Assembly: GCA_963808235.1 (NCBI GenBank)
Contig: CAWEEQ010000004.1
Location: forward strand, 1,856,001-1,920,000
Length of the DNA: 64,000 nt
Direction of reading: 5' to 3'
Origin: an uncultured delta proteobacterium
GTDB taxonomy: Bacteria; Desulfobacterota; Binatia; Binatales; Binataceae
Position numbers and translations under genes: made by a program. How positions within the stretch are numbered: the stretch's first letter is position 1; each line of letters begins with the position of its first letter. Below the pieces are notes generated by a model that saw only the letters and a list, made by a program, of their open reading frames with translations, was not told the origin of the DNA and made no database searches. This document shows positions 60,877-64,000 of the stretch, piece by piece.

Positions 60877-63072
60877 CTAGTTGACGTGCAGGCGCGCCGC
60901 AAGGCGCGAGAAGCGGCGCCGCTCATCCTGGTTGCGCACCGCCTGCTGCAGCGCACTCCGAGTCCCGACCAGCACGCAGACCCTCTCCGCGCGCGTGATC
61001 GCAGTGTAGAGCAGATTGCGCCGCAGCATCACGTAGTGACTCGAATGTATCGGCATCACGACCGCCGGGTACTGGCTGCCCTGGCTCTTGTGCACCGATA
61101 TCGCGTAGGCGAGCGCCAGCTCGTCGAGTTCCGCAAGCTCGTATTCGGCGTGAGTTTCCTCGAATGCGACGTTGATCCGCGCCTTCGCGGTGTCGATCGC
61201 GAGTATCCGCCCGATCGATCCGTTGAAGACGCCCTTGTCGTAGTTGTTGCGCAGCTGAATGACCCGATCCCCCTCCCGAAATATCCGGTCGTTCGCGCGG
61301 ATTTCGCGTCCAATTGGATTGAGCAGGTTTTGCAGCTCGCGATTGAGCGTGTGGGTGCCGAGCGGACCGCGATTCATTGGGGTCAGAACCTGGATCTCGC
61401 GCGGATCGCTGATTCCGAAACGGCCGACCAGGCGTTGTTGCACGAGCTGTTTGATGGTCGCGACCACGTCTTCCGCCGCGTTGCGCTCGAAGAAGAAAAA
61501 GTCGCCCTCAGGGTCGTTGGAAACCTGCGGAAACTCGCCGCGGTTCAGACGATGCGCGTTCGCGACGATTAGACTCTGGCGGGCCTGCCGATAGACCTCG
61601 CGCAGTTGCACAACCGGCACGAAGTCAGACGCGATCACGTCTTTGAGCACGCTGCCGGGACCGACCGACGGAAGTTGATCGCGATCGCCGACCAGGAGCA
61701 ATGAGCAATTCGGCATCAGCGCGGAGAGCAAGCTCGAGGCGAGCTCGAGATCCATCATCGAGGCTTCGTCGATGATGAGATAATTGGTGCGCAGCGGAAA
61801 TTCCTTGCCGCGGACGAAGCCGCCGCTCTCCGGCGCGTATTCGAGTAGCCGATGGATTGTCTTCGCGTCGCGGCCCGAGGCCTCCTGGAGCCGTCGCGCG
61901 GCTCGTCCGGTGGGAGCGGCTAGAGTCGGCTTCAGCCCGACTTCGCCGAGGGCCACCAGCAGCGAGCGCAGGAGCGTGGTCTTGCCGGTCCCGGGACCGC
62001 CGGTGATCACGGTGACGCGGCTCAAGAGCGCGCATCGAAGCGCACTCTTCTGCTCGGCTGACAGTTCGAGGTCCGAGGATTTTACCGCCGCCGCAACCGC
62101 TCGATCGACCAAATCCTTGTTCATCGCGCGGCCCGCATTGAGCTCCGCGATTCGGCGCGCGACGTTGACTTCGGCCGCATGAAGCCGCGTGAGATAAACG
62201 GCGGTGTGAGCACCGGACTCGTGGTCCTCGTGCCCCGCAGCATTTTCGACGATCACATCGCCACTCGCAGCGAGTTCGCTCACCGCATCGCGGGCGAGAT
62301 CGGGTTCCATTTCCAGTGCGGTGCGGAACTGGCCCTCGAGGTACTCGAAGGGCGCGTAAACGTGACCTTCGTCGGCCATGCGCTCGAGCAGATACAGAAC
62401 CGCGGCGCGGGCGCGCTGGATCGAGTTGCGCGCGATCCCGAGTTTTTCTGCGATCGAGTCGGCGGTGCGAAATCCGATACCGTGAATCGTCCGCGCGAGC
62501 ACGTACGGATCCTGCTTGACGACTTCGAGCGCTTGCTTGCCGTAGAACTTGTGAATCCGGCGCGCATGCGAGCCGCCGAGTCCGTGCCCGCGCAAGAAGA
62601 CAGTGACCTCGCGCAGACCCGACGAGTCGCGCCAGGTGGCCGCGATCAGCCGCGCGCGCACCGCGCCGATACCCGGGACCTCGCGCATCCGTTCGGGAGC
62701 ATTGTCGAGCACCTCGCCTAGTTCATCGCCGAAGTGCTCCGCGATTCGACGCGCGAACGCGGGCCCGACGCCTTTTATCTCCGAGGCGAGATAGCGTTCG
62801 ATCGCGACCGATCCCGCGGGTCGCAGGGTTTCGAAGTCGACGACATGAAACTGCTCGCCGAAGCGCGGATGCTTTTCGTACCCGCCTTCGGCCCTGATGG
62901 TCGAGCCAACTTCGAGCCCCGAGAGATTTCCGACCACCGTGACGCGGCGGAAATCCCCATGCTCGCCCGCGACGACGACGACCGCGACCGAGTAGCCGTT
63001 GTTGTCGTTTACGAACAGGACCTGGTCGAGGATGCCCTCAACGGTCTCCGTCGCGTGTTGAGTCTCAGCCAC
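60877..63072 (-). CDS. recD2: ATP-dependent RecD-like DNA helicase RecD2
   Basis: HhH IKGVG, GIGFRTAD, TGGPGTGKTT, APTGRAA, DEASM, QLPSVGPG, SVHKSQGSQY, YTAITRA. Confidence 0.95.
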   Translation of the reverse strand: MAETQHATETVEGILDQVLFVNDNNGYSVAVVVVAGEHGDFRRVTVVGNLSGLEVGSTIRAEGGYEKHPRFGEQFHVVDFETLRPAGSVAIERYLASEIKGVGPAFARRIAEHFGDELGEVLDNAPERMREVPGIGAVRARLIAATWRDSSGLREVTVFLRGHGLGGSHARRIHKFYGKQALEVVKQDPYVLARTIHGIGFRTADSIAEKLGIARNSIQRARAAVLYLLERMADEGHVYAPFEYLEGQFRTALEMEPDLARDAVSELAASGDVIVENAAGHEDHESGAHTAVYLTRLHAAEVNVARRIAELNAGRAMNKDLVDRAVAAAVKSSDLELSAEQKSALRCALLSRVTVITGGPGTGKTTLLRSLLVALGEVGLKPTLAAPTGRAARRLQEASGRDAKTIHRLLEYAPESGGFVRGKEFPLRTNYLIIDEASMMDLELASSLLSALMPNCSLLLVGDRDQLPSVGPGSVLKDVIASDFVPVVQLREVYRQARQSLIVANAHRLNRGEFPQVSNDPEGDFFFFERNAAEDVVATIKQLVQQRLVGRFGISDPREIQVLTPMNRGPLGTHTLNRELQNLLNPIGREIRANDRIFREGDRVIQLRNNYDKGVFNGSIGRILAIDTAKARINVAFEETHAEYELAELDELALAYAISVHKSQGSQYPAVVMPIHSSHYVMLRRNLLYTAITRAERVCVLVGTRSALQQAVRNQDERRRFSRLAARLHVN

Positions 63073-63145
63073 GCAATCAGGATTACCCGCGCCGCGCGTC
63101 GCGTCCAGTTGGCGATGCTCGAAACGTCAACAGAGCATCTGGGAT

Positions 63146-64000
63146 TCAATTACCAGGAAGGAACTCCAGCGCGTCCGCCCACGTAGTCGGGGAGTTCAGA
63201 ATTCCGAGATGAGCCGTGCCGAGGAACGGATCGAACTGCCCCTGTCCAACGAGGTCGATCGATGGAGCACCCTCCAGTAGTGCGCTATCCGAGAAGTCGT
63301 GAGGGTTGCCGTTGCGATCTTCGGGCGGAAGGGGTCCGAAGACGGGGCCATCAGCCGCCCCGCCGATATACACGAAGTCGCCGCTCTCGGGCGACGCCTG
63401 GAAGACATTTCGGATGACGAGATATTTTGTCGGACCCGGAGTCTCGCCGCTCGCGTTCAGCGTGGTGAGGAACTGCGTCGTCGCGGCGCCGTACTCGTCG
63501 CAAATCGCGCTATTGGGAGTAAAGCCACCATTGGCGGGCACCTGGAAATAGTTGCCGCTCGACGGCGAGCAGTCCACAATCCCGTGGTTGGGCCCGTCGA
63601 TCGCGACCAGCGACCTGACCACGTGGTAGGCCTGGTCCTGAAGCATCCATTCGCGCGCGACCGTCACGCCGAGACTATGCGCGACGATATCGACGCGATG
63701 CGCTCCGGTATATGCGAGGACCGCGGCGACGAACGCACGCAGCATCGGCACAGCGGCTGCAGTGCTGTGCGCGATTCCCGAGCGCAAAGTCGGATCCGTC
63801 AGCAAGTCGCATTGATCGCCCTGATATCCAAGCGCCCAAAGCTCGCTCGGCTGATATCCGTTTTGCGCGAAAAACTGGGCGAAACTGTGAACGGCGCCGT
63901 AGGGATTGCATGCGGTCGGAAAAGGCGTGTCATTGTTTCCGTGTAGGAAGATGACCGGGACGCGATTGACCTTTCCTTGCGCGCCAAATCCGATCACCGG
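63146..64000 (-). CDS. Lipase class 2 / alpha-beta hydrolase (5' end lies beyond the window)
   Basis: PVIFLHGN, VDIVAHSLG nucleophile elbow, GPNHG. Confidence 0.85.
   Translation of the reverse strand, partial: PVIGFGAQGKVNRVPVIFLHGNNDTPFPTACNPYGAVHSFAQFFAQNGYQPSELWALGYQGDQCDLLTDPTLRSGIAHSTAAAVPMLRAFVAAVLAYTGAHRVDIVAHSLGVTVAREWMLQDQAYHVVRSLVAIDGPNHGIVDCSPSSGNYFQVPANGGFTPNSAICDEYGAATTQFLTTLNASGETPGPTKYLVIRNVFQASPESGDFVYIGGAADGPVFGPLPPEDRNGNPHDFSDSALLEGAPSIDLVGQGQFDPFLGTAHLGILNSPTTWADALEFLPGN

Overview
High-GC, gene-dense bacterial chromosomal window of a diderm (LptD present). The gene repertoire suggests a deltaproteobacteria-like lineage such as Ca. Binatia (inference only). Most of it is housekeeping: an NAD-dependent formate dehydrogenase operon (fdsG-B-A-D, fdhD), thiD, rlmE, uvrD/pcrA, cell-envelope and sugar-nucleotide genes, a GldA/F/G-type ABC system, polA, an ECF sigma/anti-sigma pair, a complete trpEGDCFBA-accD-folC-lptD run with a Trp-rich leader peptide and attenuator, argS and recD2. 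I found no rRNA, tRNA, CRISPR array, integrase or transposase. The most notable observations are: (1) a rhodanese-CBS gene split by an in-frame UGA at a Cys-like position and followed by a SECIS-like hairpin (probable selenoprotein); (2) an 846-bp unit carrying a Zn-dependent deaminase, bounded by a 48-bp direct repeat that duplicates the putative leaderless polA promoter and start codon; (3) a 39.7-42.2 kb patch with a solo Nmad3 gene, three kinds of REP-like palindromes and strand-skewed synonymous codons; (4) a lipoprotein DUF151-PDZ fusion; and (5) a NarM-like gene beside formate dehydrogenase. Many single-base frameshifts, including one in folC, look like long-read indel errors rather than true pseudogenes.
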